This document shows, one piece after another, positions 13,972-25,088 of a DNA stretch of 64,000 bases. A model generated the notes under the pieces. The model searched no databases. It was not told where the DNA came from and saw only the letters and a program-made list of their open reading frames with translations. The stretch is from contig JAUCBJ010006703.1 in NCBI GenBank assembly GCA_032718475.1, positions 1 through 64,000 on the forward strand. The letters are read 5' to 3'. The translations under genes were made by a program, and so were the position numbers. The DNA is from Nemertoderma westbladi. Its lineage: Eukaryota; Animalia; Xenacoelomorpha. Each line of letters begins with the position of its first letter. Position 1 is the first letter of the stretch.

Positions 13972-15725
13972 CTTATGGAAAATAATAGATAGCAGTGAGG
14001 GTAATGCAAAGGGATGGTAATTAAAGTCCCATATAATGGGGGGGGGGGGGGAATTTCGGCCCCCCTGCTGAGTACATAATTGCTGTTACGACAAATCGCA
14101 AATTGTACAGTCCCATTAAGGATAATTTCTCCCATTTATTAGGCCACTTTTTAGAAAAAATACATCATTCTATAGTATTTGTACTTTTTGCGCTATAAGT
14201 GGTACCTAAACATTTTCAAAGTTGTATTTCTCTTAATAGGTTTTACTTCTAGGTTTCATCGAAGTTTTGGGGGTTTTCTGGTAAGCCGCATCAAATGGAA
14301 GGTAAAGAAAAGCGACCGGTAAACGGAACGTGTGAAACGAATGGAAGAATTTTCTAAAATTTTAAAATGAGGAGATTTGGCATTGGGCGTGGCACTCCTT
14401 TTATGACAAACTTATAATAAACGATAGTTTGTATTTGTTGTTGCCATTACATTTACATTAATTATGTTATTCTACCCAAAAAAAAGTTATACAGAGGCAG
14501 AAATAGAGTAACTAACTAACTATCTGTAGCGTTCGTTAGACCCGAAACTGCGGACCAGCTAGTTAAAGTGATTACAAACTGATACAGACAGTGCGACCAT
14601 TAGTAATGGCAGTAGGGAAACTCACTTGCCAGCGTCCATTAGGTTCCCGAAGTACTTCCACCCGGTGGGAACCTCGTACAGACCCCAGCCCCGCCCTTTA
14701 GCCACCCTGTCTACGGCGCAGCTCGTCGGCATGGACCGAGCCACGCCCTTAACGCCCCCAGCGGCGAAGTAAGGCACGCAATCGATAGCGTTATCCGCAA
14801 TCACCGCCACCGAATCGCACGGGTTAACGAAGACGCCGCTCCTCCCGATAATCATATTGCGATCACCGTCGCCGTCGAAAGCGACCCCAACGGAATGCGT
14901 GCCCGTCTCCATGGTGACCACGAGGTCCCGCGCGTACGTCAAATTCGGGTCCGGATGGCGGCCCCCGAAGTCCGGCGACGGGACGCAGTTAACCGCGGAG
15001 CTGGGCGCCGCACCCAACGCACCCACCACGATCCGCTCAACGTAAGGACCCATAACGCCGTGCATCGCGTCCAGAACCACTGAGTTACTCGAGAAAAAAC
15101 GACGGAGAACTCCGAAGTCGAAGATCTTCTGGAGGAGTTCGAGGTACTCCTCTACCGCATCTATAACTTCGACGACGAACTGTTTGCCGTCAACAGAGAA
15201 TGTTTCCTTGTGTATCCGCGAGGTATCCACAGTGAGCCCATCCACTATCCTGTATTCCCTGATCTCTTTGGTTCGCCTATAAACCTCCGAGGTGAATGAC
15301 TCCGGGGCGGGGCCTCCGTTCGCGCAGTTGAACTTTATCCCGAAATCGGCGTTGCGGCCACCGGGGTTGTGGCTCGCGGTGAGCACGAACCCGCCGACGA
15401 GGCCGCGTTTACGGATAACACAACTCGCCGCCGGTGTCGACATTATCCCATTCTGGGCGATCACCAGACGGGACACCCCGTTGGCCGCCGCAATTCCGAC
15501 GATTAGCGCGATCGCTTCCGGCATGTAGAACCGTCCGTCGCCGCCGACCAGCAACGACGAACCCGCTAGGTTGTCTCCGACAGCGGCCAACGCTGATTGG
15601 ATGAAGTTCTCGGTATAATGTGGTTGTTGGAATACGGTTACACGTTTACGGATCCCACTCGTACCGAGTTTCTGGTCGTCGTATTGAATGGTCGAAACAT
15701 TCTTCGATATCAATTTCGTAGACAT
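13392..15725 (-). CDS. PGM1: Phosphoglucomutase (PGM1 type), 2 coding exons: 15725-14626 and 13971-13392; 559 aa
   Basis: Motifs: [15 protein letters not shown] (catalytic phosphoserine), [17 protein letters not shown] (metal binding), [20 protein letters not shown] (sugar binding), [13 protein letters not shown] and C-terminal PTVIT. The phase-2 intron AA|GTGAGT...CATAAG|G restores [14 protein letters not shown]. Total 1680 nt, in frame. Confidence 0.96.
14626..15725 (-). CDS. PGM1: PGM exon 1 (MSTKLISK...NLMDAG)
   Basis: ATG at 15725; donor GTGAGT starts at 14625; matches ORF 14622..15755. Confidence 0.93.
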
Positions 15726-16655
15726 GATGATGTCGGAAAAAAAACTTAGTATCACAGTTCCGCGATCACGTTGGCTTAGTGTCTGTTGTTAAATAGCTGT
15801 CTGCAGGATTCAGGGATTAGCTGATAAGCTAGCTAAGTAAAGTAGTCAATACCACCACTGTGGGGAGTGAACGTGGGGCCTCACAGGTGATCAGCTCCAA
15901 TAGGCATGCAGAGCAGAGATAATTAATTCACCATAGACCACAATGTCTGTGGCGAGTGGCGGTCACAATAGAAAGGGACCTATTTTAAAGATTGGAAATT
16001 TTTTGCAATAAATTAGCTGATGAGAATCTTGTTATGAAGGAAATTCCAATTAGTGTTTATCTTATATATTTTATCTGTTTTGGGTTTTACTAGTGTTTAT
16101 TTATGTTATATTTTTGTAACTCTATCTTAAATTATGGAAGTTGAATTTAATTATTTAACTGAAAACTATGCATTAGCAGATCTGGAAGAACTTAGTCAGA
16201 AATATCGATAATATCGAAACGTCAGCTGTTTTTTAGAATCTTTATTTTTCAAATCACGAAGTTTAAGATATTTGCGCTTTTCATTGTTGCCTTAATCAAC
16301 TTGAGGAGCTTGTTGGTATTGATAATAAATACTGATACTGATAATAATGAAAACTTAAAAGCACGGAAATATGATATATTAATTATATAGTAGTTACACG
16401 TTCGTGGGGCCTTCGCGCAGCACGAGGCCCAGTTATGAGATACAAATTAAAATTGAGCGACTGTATCACAAAATCAGGTTTTGAGAAATTTACCCACACC
16501 ACCAATCAATCAAAGAAAGGGGGACAGTACGTGTTCACCCCTTTTAATCCCCCCCCCCCCCCCCCCACCCTTCCCAACCACCAATACATAACCGCGACAT
16601 CTACCACCCACGGAAGGGTAGCACGAACTTATTTCCAATCGCACGTTAAATACGC

Positions 16656-16892
16656 ACTACTACTACTACTACTAGGATCGGCATGCTGCATTACAGCTGC
16701 ATTTTTAAGAATGCTGTGCCGGCTTGTCAACAAAATTGCACCGCCACAACTCCCTATCACCCATGACATTTGCTAGATCATCCGCATCTTTAAGGCCAGT
16801 GTCCATTAAGATGCGTCTCAAGAAAGTCATGGGCTGTCCACCATGCTTATTCACTCCATGAGGCTGCCAAAGTACAAGATGATGCACTGGCT
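16656..16892 (-). mobile_element. 3' end of an RTE-like non-LTR retrotransposon with (TAG)n tail, copy 1
   Basis: Translates as LVLWQPHG..HGGQPMTF..ILMDTGLKDADDLANVMGDRELWR, resembling the C-terminus of RTE-clade ORFs. It ends in a TAG microsatellite tail and is homologous to 16959-17185 and 27541-27742. Confidence 0.7.
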
Positions 16893-16958
16893 ATTTCCGA
16901 CATTATTGTCATAAGGCCGGAAGGGTGAAAGGCTGAAAGGCCGATAATTGATAATGCT

Positions 16959-17185
16959 GTACTACTACTGCTAGGATCGGCATGCTGCATTGCAGCTGCA
17001 TTTTTAAGAATGCTGTCAGGCTGTGCGGGCTTGTCGACAAAATTGCGTCGCAACAACTCCAGCTATCACCCATGGCGGCATTTGCTAGTTAATGCGCATT
17101 TTCAAGGCCAGTGTCCTTTAAGATGCGTCTCAGAAAGTCATGTGGGCTGTCCACCATGCTTATTCACTCCATGAGGCTGCCAAAG
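16959..17185 (-). mobile_element. 3' end of RTE-like LINE, copy 2 (adjacent, diverged)
   Basis: Aligns by eye to 16656-16875 (CTAGGATCGGCATGCTGCATT...CCATGCTTATTCACTCCATGAGGCTGCCAAAGT) with small indels and a short TAG tail. Confidence 0.68.
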
Positions 17186-17359
17186 TTATCCGAATAATAA
17201 GATCTGTAATAAGACAACCAGTCTGGTAGGTTTAAAGATCTATACTACGCTAAGCCTACCCTACATATTAGTTTAATACATAACGACCCGTATCCTGTAT
17301 CAAAATCAGTTATATAAGGCCTATTGTAATTGCCACATTGTGATCATATAAAATCAAAT

Positions 17360-17563
17360 ATGTCGTTGCCAGAATTATCTTCAATAATTGGTCGTTTGGA
17401 GTCGGTGGCTTCCCGTTTGGAGACAGTTGCGTTGAGTGGTACCGGTGGGGATGGAGGTGCGGACAGCTCGGTTTCTGTAGACCTATTCAACGCGATCATC
17501 TCGAATGCTTTGGCGAACTACCTTGCCAAGAGTGGAGCCATTGGCGGCGAGGTAGCCGAACAG
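17360..17563 (+). CDS. CAP1: CAP exon 1
   Basis: [15 protein letters not shown]...EVAEQ|GTATGG. Confidence 0.88.
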
Positions 17564-20500
17564 GTATGGTTTGTAGAGTACCGGTATTATAACGGAGTGC
17601 AAGGCAATGTTATATTTATAATTATCTAAGTCTATATGTGTAGGAAATGTACAAGATGAGTTTAGTGTCTGTCGGCCGTTGTCAGTATATTTATCATTTA
17701 TATATTCTTTATCATTATATAATACCGGTACTTCGATCCGTTTCGCCGTTATACTGTTAAATATATATATTATTCCTCCTTTTCAGGCTCAGTTAGTGGC
17801 TGACACTTTCCATCTCAGTAAGGATGTCGTATCAACGGCTGTCCGTTGTAGCAAACCTGCTGATGCCGAGTTGGCTAAACTTCTCAAACCACTGAGCGAT
17901 AAAATAGCCGACATAGAAACATACAGGTTCGTATTACTACGGGCAGTGCAGTTATTCTGCCCTCGTGTATTGAGTTTTAAACTCACTTCGCTTCGATCGT
18001 ACAAAACTCCATACACTCGGACAGAATATATGAGTTTCGGATATTTATATTTAGCCAATATTGCTCGACGCCGTGATGAAATCGTAACGCTACAAGATAA
18101 TCAATTCCTTTACAATCAATTTATATAACAACACGTCTTCAGTTTCATTGCTTCGATAGTACCCATTATGTGATAAAGCAAGGATTTCTAGAATACTGAT
18201 ATATTTATTCATATTCTGTATTCTTTGTGCGTCAAAAAAGAAGAAGTCGGTCTTCATGAGATCATGACAATTAAAAAGTCATACTTAACCACATACCGGT
18301 ACCACTATTTGATATTAAATGTATTAAATAATAATTACAGGAACAAACGGCGCGCCAGTAAGGTGCACAACCATCTGGCAGCTCTAGCCGAGAGTTCTCC
18401 CGCATTCGGGTGGGTATTAATAACCCCAGCCCCCGCCCCCTACGTTAAAGAGATGTTGGACGCCGCCACCTTCTATCTCAACCGCGTACTCAAGGAGTAC
18501 AAAGGGGTTGATGATAACCACGTACAGTGGGTCAAGTCTTACACTGCCTTGTTAACCGACCTACAAGGGTACATCAAGTCCAACCACACCACAGGTGAGT
18601 CGTGAGTACGTCCAAGTGAGTGTGTTCGGGTGAGTTCGTTCATGTGAGTGCGTCCAATGCGTTCAAGATATTTAATTAAATGATCATCAATAAACTTGTA
18701 TCTCCTAACCTGTAGGATTAGCGTGGAACCGAACTGGGTCGCCGGCCAAGGCAGTACAGAGTGGAGGAGGTCCACCGGCACCCCCACCCAACCTCCCACC
18801 CCCTCCCACCGTGGCTGCGTCCACTGGGGGTGCCGATAAAGCGGCTCTCTTCTCCGCTCTAAACCAGGGTGATGGTGTAACCAAAGGATTAAAGAAGGTC
18901 ACATCCGATATGCAAACCCACAAGAACCCTGCTCTAAGGTAATAATAATTAATAAGGAAATAAAGTAAAACTTTCTTTGAATTGAATTCTTTGAATCTTT
19001 CTTAAACCTTTCTTTTCTTTGAGTTTTTTTTAACTTGGTTTCGTCTTTATTAACCCTTTCGGTAAAAATGAAGACTGTCTTGTCTCCACTCCATTCAGTT
19101 GTTGTTAATTGTACTCCAAAGATATAAAACATCTGTTTTATATTTCAAACGCTATTAAGTAAAACGAACTCCATTCACTGAACATTAATCTTATATCTAA
19201 AACTTTTATTGTGAATTCATATCTAAATTATCTATGTGAGGTTTATTAAGTCTTTACAGCTATTTTTTTTTCATAACCTTCACTCCGAGCTACTTCTAAA
19301 TGGTATTAAATCCATCAAAGTCATAACCTTAAACTAATAAATACCGTAAGTAGAAACTTAGACTATACGTTTATAAACCAAACCCTATATTCATTTTATA
19401 TCCTTCAACTGTATTCTGTGAGTTAATTTCACGAAGTCGAGAAGTGTTTGGGGTTATATCAGTCGGTTCTAACACTTAGGTGGTACTCTTTTCAGTTGGA
19501 AATGTATCGCAATTTTCTAAGCGACCCAATGATAATATTAGAGAGAACGTATGATAAATATTAAAATTACCATTTCAATGATAATAATACTAACGAATTT
19601 GAAGATACCGGTACCTCAAGAATGAGTTGAGTCCTAAAGCTAAAATATCGGAATTTGCGTTTCTTTATATTCAGAGGCGCTTCAGTGGTGCCCGCTAAAG
19701 CAGCTGGTTCCTCCGGAGGTTATCAGGGAACCGCAAAGGCACCGCCCTCCGGTGAGCCAATGATACAGCTGGATAAGAAGCGTTGGCGTGTCGAGTTTCA
19801 CGACAACAACAAGAGTTTACTGGTCGAGGTTAAAGATAAAAGCGAAAGTGTTTATGTGTTTCGGTGCAACAATAGTGTCATACAGGTGAGTATCGTTGCA
19901 GCAATAGTGTCATACAGGTGAGTATCGTTACAACAATAGTGTAATACGTTACAGCAATAGTGTCATACAGGTGAGAATCGTTGAAGCAATAGTGTCATAC
20001 AGGTGAGAATCGTTGCAGCAATAGTGTCATACAGGTGAGTATCGTTTCAACAATAGTGTAATACGTTACAGCAATAGTGTCATACAGGTGAGAATCGTTG
20101 TAGCAATAGTACCGTACAGGTGAGAATCGTTGCAGCAATAGTGTCATACAGGTGAGTATCGTTACAACAATAGTGTAATACGTTACAGCAATAGTGTCAT
20201 ACAGGTGAGAATCGTTGCAGCAATAGTGTCTTACAGGTGAGTATCGTTACAACAATAGTGTAATACGTTACAGCAATAGTGTCATACAGGTGAGAATCGT
20301 TGCAGCAATAGTGTCATACAGGTGAGTATCGTTACAACAATAGTGTAATACGTTACAGCAATAGTGTCATACAGGTGAGTATCGTTACAACAATAGTGTA
20401 ATACGTTGCAGCAATAGTGTCATACAGGTGAGAATCGTTGCAGCAATAGTGTCATACAGGTGAGTATCGTTACAACAATAGTGTAATACGTTACAGCAAT

Positions 20501-23500
20501 AGTGTCATACAGGTGAGAATCGTTGCAGCAATAGTGTCATACAGGTGAGTATCGTTACAACAATAGTGTAATACGTTACAGCAATAGTGTCATACAGGTG
20601 AGAATCGTTGCAGCAATAGTACCGTACAGGTGAGAATCGTTGCAGCAATAGTCTCATCCAAGTGATAATTGTTGTAGCAATAGTGTCATATAGGTGAGTA
20701 TCGTTGCAACAATAGTGTAATACGTTACAGCAATAGTGTCATACAGGTGAGAATCGTTGCAGCAATAGTACCGTACAGGTGAGAATCGTTGCAGCAATAG
20801 TGTCATCCAAGTGGTAATCATTGCAGCAATAGTGTGATATAGGTGAGTATCGTTGCAACAATAGTGTCATACAGATGAGAATCGTTGCAGCAATAGTACC
20901 GTACAGGTGAGAATCGTTGCAGCACTAGTGTCATCCAAGTGATAATCGTTGCAGCAATAGTGTCATATAGGTGAGTATCGTTGCAACAATAGTGTAATAC
21001 GTTACAGCAATAGTGTCATACAGGTGAGAATCGTTGCAGCAATAGTACCGTACAGGTGAGAATCGCTGCAGCAATAGTGTCACCCAAGTGATAATCGTTG
21101 TAGCAATAATGTCATATAGGTGAGTATCGTTGCAACAATAGTGTAATACGTTACAGCAATAGTGTCATATAGGTGAGTGTCGTTGCAACAATAGTGTAAT
21201 ACGTTACAGCAATAGTGTCATACAGGTGAGAATCGTTGCAGCAATAGTACCGTACAGGTGAGAATCGTTGCAGCAATAGTGTCATCCAAGTGATAATCAT
21301 TGCAGCAATAGTTTCATATAGGTGAGTATCGTTGCAACAATAGTGTAATACGTTACAGCAATAGTGTCATACAGGTGAGAATCGTTGTAGCAATAGTACC
21401 GTACAGGTGAGAATCGTTGCAGCAATAGTGTCATCCAAGTGATAATCATTGCAGCAATAGTGTCATATAGGTGAGTATCGTTACAACAATAGTGTAATAC
21501 GTTGCAGCAATAGTGTCATACAGGTGAGAATCGTTGCAGCAATAGTACCGTACAGGTGAGAATCGTTGCAGCAATAGTCTCATCCAAGTGATAATCGTTG
21601 CAGCAATAGTGTCATATAGGTGAGTATCGTTGCAACAATAGTGTAATACGTTACAGCAATAGTGTCATACAGATGAGAATCGTTGCAGCAATAGTACCGT
21701 ACAGGTGAGAATCGTTGCAGCAATAGTGTCATCCAAGTGATAATCGTTGCAGCAATAGTGTAATATAGGTGAGTATCGTTGCAACAATAGTGTAATACGT
21801 TACAGCAATAGTGTCATACAGGTGAGAATCGTTGCAGCAATAGTACCGTACAGGTGAGAATCGCTGCAGCAATAGTGTCACCCAAGTGATAATCGTTGCA
21901 GCAATAATGTCATATAGGTGAGTATCGTTGCAACAATAGTGTAATACGTTACAGCAATAGTGTCATACAGGTGAGAATCGTTGCAGCAATAGTACCGTAC
22001 AGGTGAGAATCGTTGCAGCAATAGTGTCACCCAAGTGATAATCGTTGCAGCAATAGTGTCATATAGGTGAGTATCGTTGCAACAATAGTGTAATACGTTA
22101 CAGCAATAGTGTTACACAGGTGAGAATCGTTGCAGCAATAGTACCGCACAGGTGAGAATCGTTGCAGCAATAGTGTCATCCAAGTGATAATCGCTGCAGC
22201 AATAGTGTCATATAGGTGAGTATCGTTGCAACAATAGTGTAATACGTTACAGCAATAGTGTCACACAGGTGATAATCGTTGCATCAATAGTGTCATACAG
22301 GTGAGAATCGTTGCAGCAATAGTGCCATACATGTGAGAATCGTTGCAGCAATAGTGTCATACAGGTGAGTATCGCTACAACAATAGTGTGATACGTTACA
22401 GCAATAGTGTCATACAGGTGAGAATCTTTGCAGCAATAGTACCGTACAGGTGAGAATCGTTGCAGCAATAGTGTCATCCAAGTGATAATCGTTGCAGCAG
22501 TAGTGTCATTAGGTGAGTATCGTTGCAACAATAGTGTAATACGTTACAGCAATAGTGTCATACAGGTGAGAATCGTTGCAGCAATATTACCCTACAGGTG
22601 AGAATCGTTGCAGCAATAGTGTCATCCAAGTGATAATCGTTGCAGCAATAGTGTCATATAGGTGAGTATCGTTGCAACAATAGTGTAATACGGTACAGCA
22701 ATAGTGTCATACAGGTGAGAATCGTTGCAGCAATAGTACCGTACAGGTGAGAATCGTTGAAGCAATAGTGTTATCCAGGTGAGAATCGTTGCAGCAATAG
22801 TGCCATACAGGTGAGAATCGTTGCAGCAATAGTGTCATCAGGTGAGAATCGTTGCAGCAATAGTGTCATCAGGTGAGTATCGTTACAGCAATAGTGTCCT
22901 ACAGGTGATAATCGTTGCAGCAATAGTGCCATGCAGATGAGAATCGTTGCAGCAATAGTGTAATCCAAGTGAGAATCGTTGCAGCAATAGTGTCATACAG
23001 GTGATACTCGTTGCAGCAATAGTGTCATCAGGTGAGTATCGTTAAAGCAATAGTGTCATACATGTGAGAATCGTTGCAGCAATAGTGTTATCCAGGTGAG
23101 AATCGTTGCAGCAATAGTGCCATACAGGTGAGAATCGTTGCAGCAATAGTGTCATCAGGTGAGTATCGTTACAGCAATAGTGCCATACCGGTGAGAATCG
23201 TTGCAGCAATAGTGTCATACAGGTGAGTATCGTTACAGCAATAGTGTCATATAGGTGAGTATCGTTGCAACTATAGTGTAATACGTTGCAGCAATAGTGT
23301 TATACAGGTGAGAATCGTTGCAGCAAGTGTCATACAGCTGATAATCGTTGCAGCAATAGTGCCATACAGGTGAGAATTGTTGCAGCAATAGTGTCATACA
23401 GCTGAGAATCGTTGCAGCAATAGTGTCATACAGGTGGGAATCGTTGCAACAATAGTGTCATACAGGTGAGAATCGTTACAGCAATAGTGTCATCAGGTGA

Positions 23501-25088
23501 TAATCGTTGCAGCAATAGTGTCATACGGGTGAGAATCGTTGCAGCAATAGTGCCATACAGGTGAGAATCGTTGCAACAGTAGTGTCATACAGGTGAGAAT
23601 CGTTACAGCAATAGTGTCATCAGGTGATAATCGTTTCAGCAATAGTGTCATACAGGTGAGAATCGTTACAGCAATAGTGTCATCAGGTGATAATCGTTTC
23701 AGCAATAGTGTCATACAGCTGATAATAGTTGCAACAATGGTATCATACAGATGAGAATCGTTGCCGCAATAGTGTCATACAGGTGAGAGTTAATATTGCG
23801 ATTCGTTGTACCAATAGTGTCATAAAGGTGAGAACTAAGGATAAAATTTCTTGCAGCAATATTGTCATACAGGTGATGATACTAAATGATGCGAATCGTA
23901 GTAACATAAGTGTCATTGATGTGATTTCTTGCAGCAATAGTGTCATAAAGGTGAGAGCTAATGATGCGAATCGTTGTAACATTAGCGTTTGTACGTATAC
24001 AAGTCTTTCTGTTTCGTTGACATGTACTTTCAATTTCCGCAAGGGCATTTTATTTTATCAACTATTTATTGCAATATTATCTATTCTAACGTTGATTTAC
24101 TGTATGTAAACCTTCCAATCCTACCGCAGGTCAAAGGTAAAACTAATATCATCACGCTAGACCAGTGTAAGAAGTCGAGTGTGGTATTCGAGGATGTGAT
24201 TTCGACTTTGGACTTTGTCAACTGCCAGAGTGTTAAAGCGCAGGTTACCGGACGGTTACCTATTGTTAATATCGATAAAACCGACGGATGTCAGGTGAGA
24301 CACGCGTTGATTATAATTCAAATACATATACAATATTGCCTACATAAGTAAATACAGTGGGAAAGATTATATTACATAGCAGCATTATAATCCAAAAGGT
24401 TTGTTAACGGTTCGTCTTACGTCTTACAGTTTCCTCTCAGTTAATAGGTAACCCATCAATCCGAGGGTCCCTTTTTCCTAGCTGTTGCCTAGTAAGGCAG
24501 GGAACTTGGCACACTTACTTCCGAAATTGAACACTCCTATTACGAGCACCCCTTTTCTCCCCAGCCGAAGTCCGCCGTGCGAGGCGTATATCCCCCCGTT
24601 GCGAAATTAAAATGGCACGACCCCGGAAAGGAAACAGCACCTCCGAGCTACACATGAAATGAGTAACCTCTTCACTAGCAGAGCTGCTGGGGGGGGGGGG
24701 GGGATTCTAATACTTGTATGGGGCATAAAAAGTAAAAAAAAATCAGGGATTGCGCGCAAAGCTTGACGACACTTGAGTATGCAAGGCAGAGATGCACCCT
24801 CGCTAGTCCCTTTAAAGCATTCGTGCCGAAACTAAATCTCCCCTGGTTCCCATGCGGGGATCGAACCCTCGACCTTCGGAGAGTATCCCTCTATTTATTA
24901 TATTACTACAGGTCTACCTGAGTAAGAGTTCCAAGGATGCTCAAATAATCTCGGCTAAATCTTCCGAGATGAACATTCTCATTCCGAGAGATGACGGTGA
25001 GTACAAAGAGTTTCCGGTTCCGGAACAGTTCCGGACGTCGTTCGACGGTACCCGACTGACCACGGATGCGGTTGACACTATGGGTTAA
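17360..25088 (+). CDS. CAP1: Adenylyl cyclase-associated protein (CAP/Srv2), 7 coding exons: 17360-17563, 17787-17926, 18341-18594, 18716-18938, 19675-19885, 24130-24294, 24912-25088; 457 aa
   Basis: N-terminal RLE repeats ([12 protein letters not shown]), helical domain ([42 protein letters not shown]), polyproline, WH2-like [28 protein letters not shown], and CARP domain ([40 protein letters not shown]). All introns are GT-AG with consistent phases; 1374 nt in total. Confidence 0.95.
17787..17926 (+). CDS. CAP1: CAP exon 2
   Basis: TTTTCAG|AQLVADTF...[17 protein letters not shown]|GTTCGT. Confidence 0.88.
18341..18594 (+). CDS. CAP1: CAP exon 3
   Basis: TTACAG|[13 protein letters not shown]...NHTT G|GTGAGT. 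Confidence 0.92.
18716..18938 (+). CDS. CAP1: CAP exon 4 (polyproline and WH2; not in the ORF track on this strand)
   Basis: TGTAG|GA LAWNRTG...[14 protein letters not shown]...[33 protein letters not shown]|GTAATA. Confidence 0.92.
19675..19885 (+). CDS. CAP1: CAP exon 5
   Basis: TTCAG|A GASVVPAK...KKRWRVEFH...FRCNNSVIQ|GTGAGT. Confidence 0.92.
19861..23990 (+). repeat. Intronic minisatellite B: 32-bp unit CAATAGTGTCATACAG|GTGAGWATCGTTGCAG plus a 21-bp variant CAATAGTGTAATACGTTACAG; 149-bp higher-order repeat in the middle
   Basis: The first unit overlaps the last ~25 nt of CAP exon 5 and its donor. The marker CCAAG recurs at 21733, 21882, 22031 and 22180 (149-bp period). The array decays after ~23700. 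Confidence 0.97.
24130..24294 (+). CDS. CAP1: CAP exon 6
   Basis: CCGCAG|[15 protein letters not shown]...IDKTDGCQ|GTGAGA. Confidence 0.93.
24835..24881 (-). mobile_element. tRNA 3'-half-like segment with Pol III B box; probable head remnant of a tRNA-derived SINE in CAP intron 6
   Basis: Minus strand reads CCGAAGGTCGAGGGTTCGATCCCCGCATGGGAACCA, which has a GGTTCGATCC B box and T-arm. No D arm or anticodon arm is visible upstream. Confidence 0.4.
24912..25088 (+). CDS. CAP1: CAP exon 7 (terminal)
   Basis: CTACAG|[25 protein letters not shown]...PVPEQFRT...DTMG* (TAA 25086-25088). Confidence 0.93.
   Translation, partial: VYLSKSSKDAQIISAKSSEMNILIPRDDGEYKEFPVPEQFRTSFDGTRLTTDAVDTMG

Noticed and set aside
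13497-15528. Plus-strand ORFs overlapping PGM (13497, 14857, 14895, 15292)
   Set aside because: Antisense shadows of a GC-rich coding sequence with no recognisable motifs.
19886-23990. CRISPR-like appearance of ~32-bp repeats (also arrays A, C and D)
   Set aside because: Units are head-to-tail with no unique spacers, there are no cas genes, and the context is a spliceosomal eukaryotic gene.
24835-24881. Functional tRNA gene
   Set aside because: Only the variable loop, T arm and 3' end are recognisable, the T stem has a mismatch, and no cloverleaf can be built.
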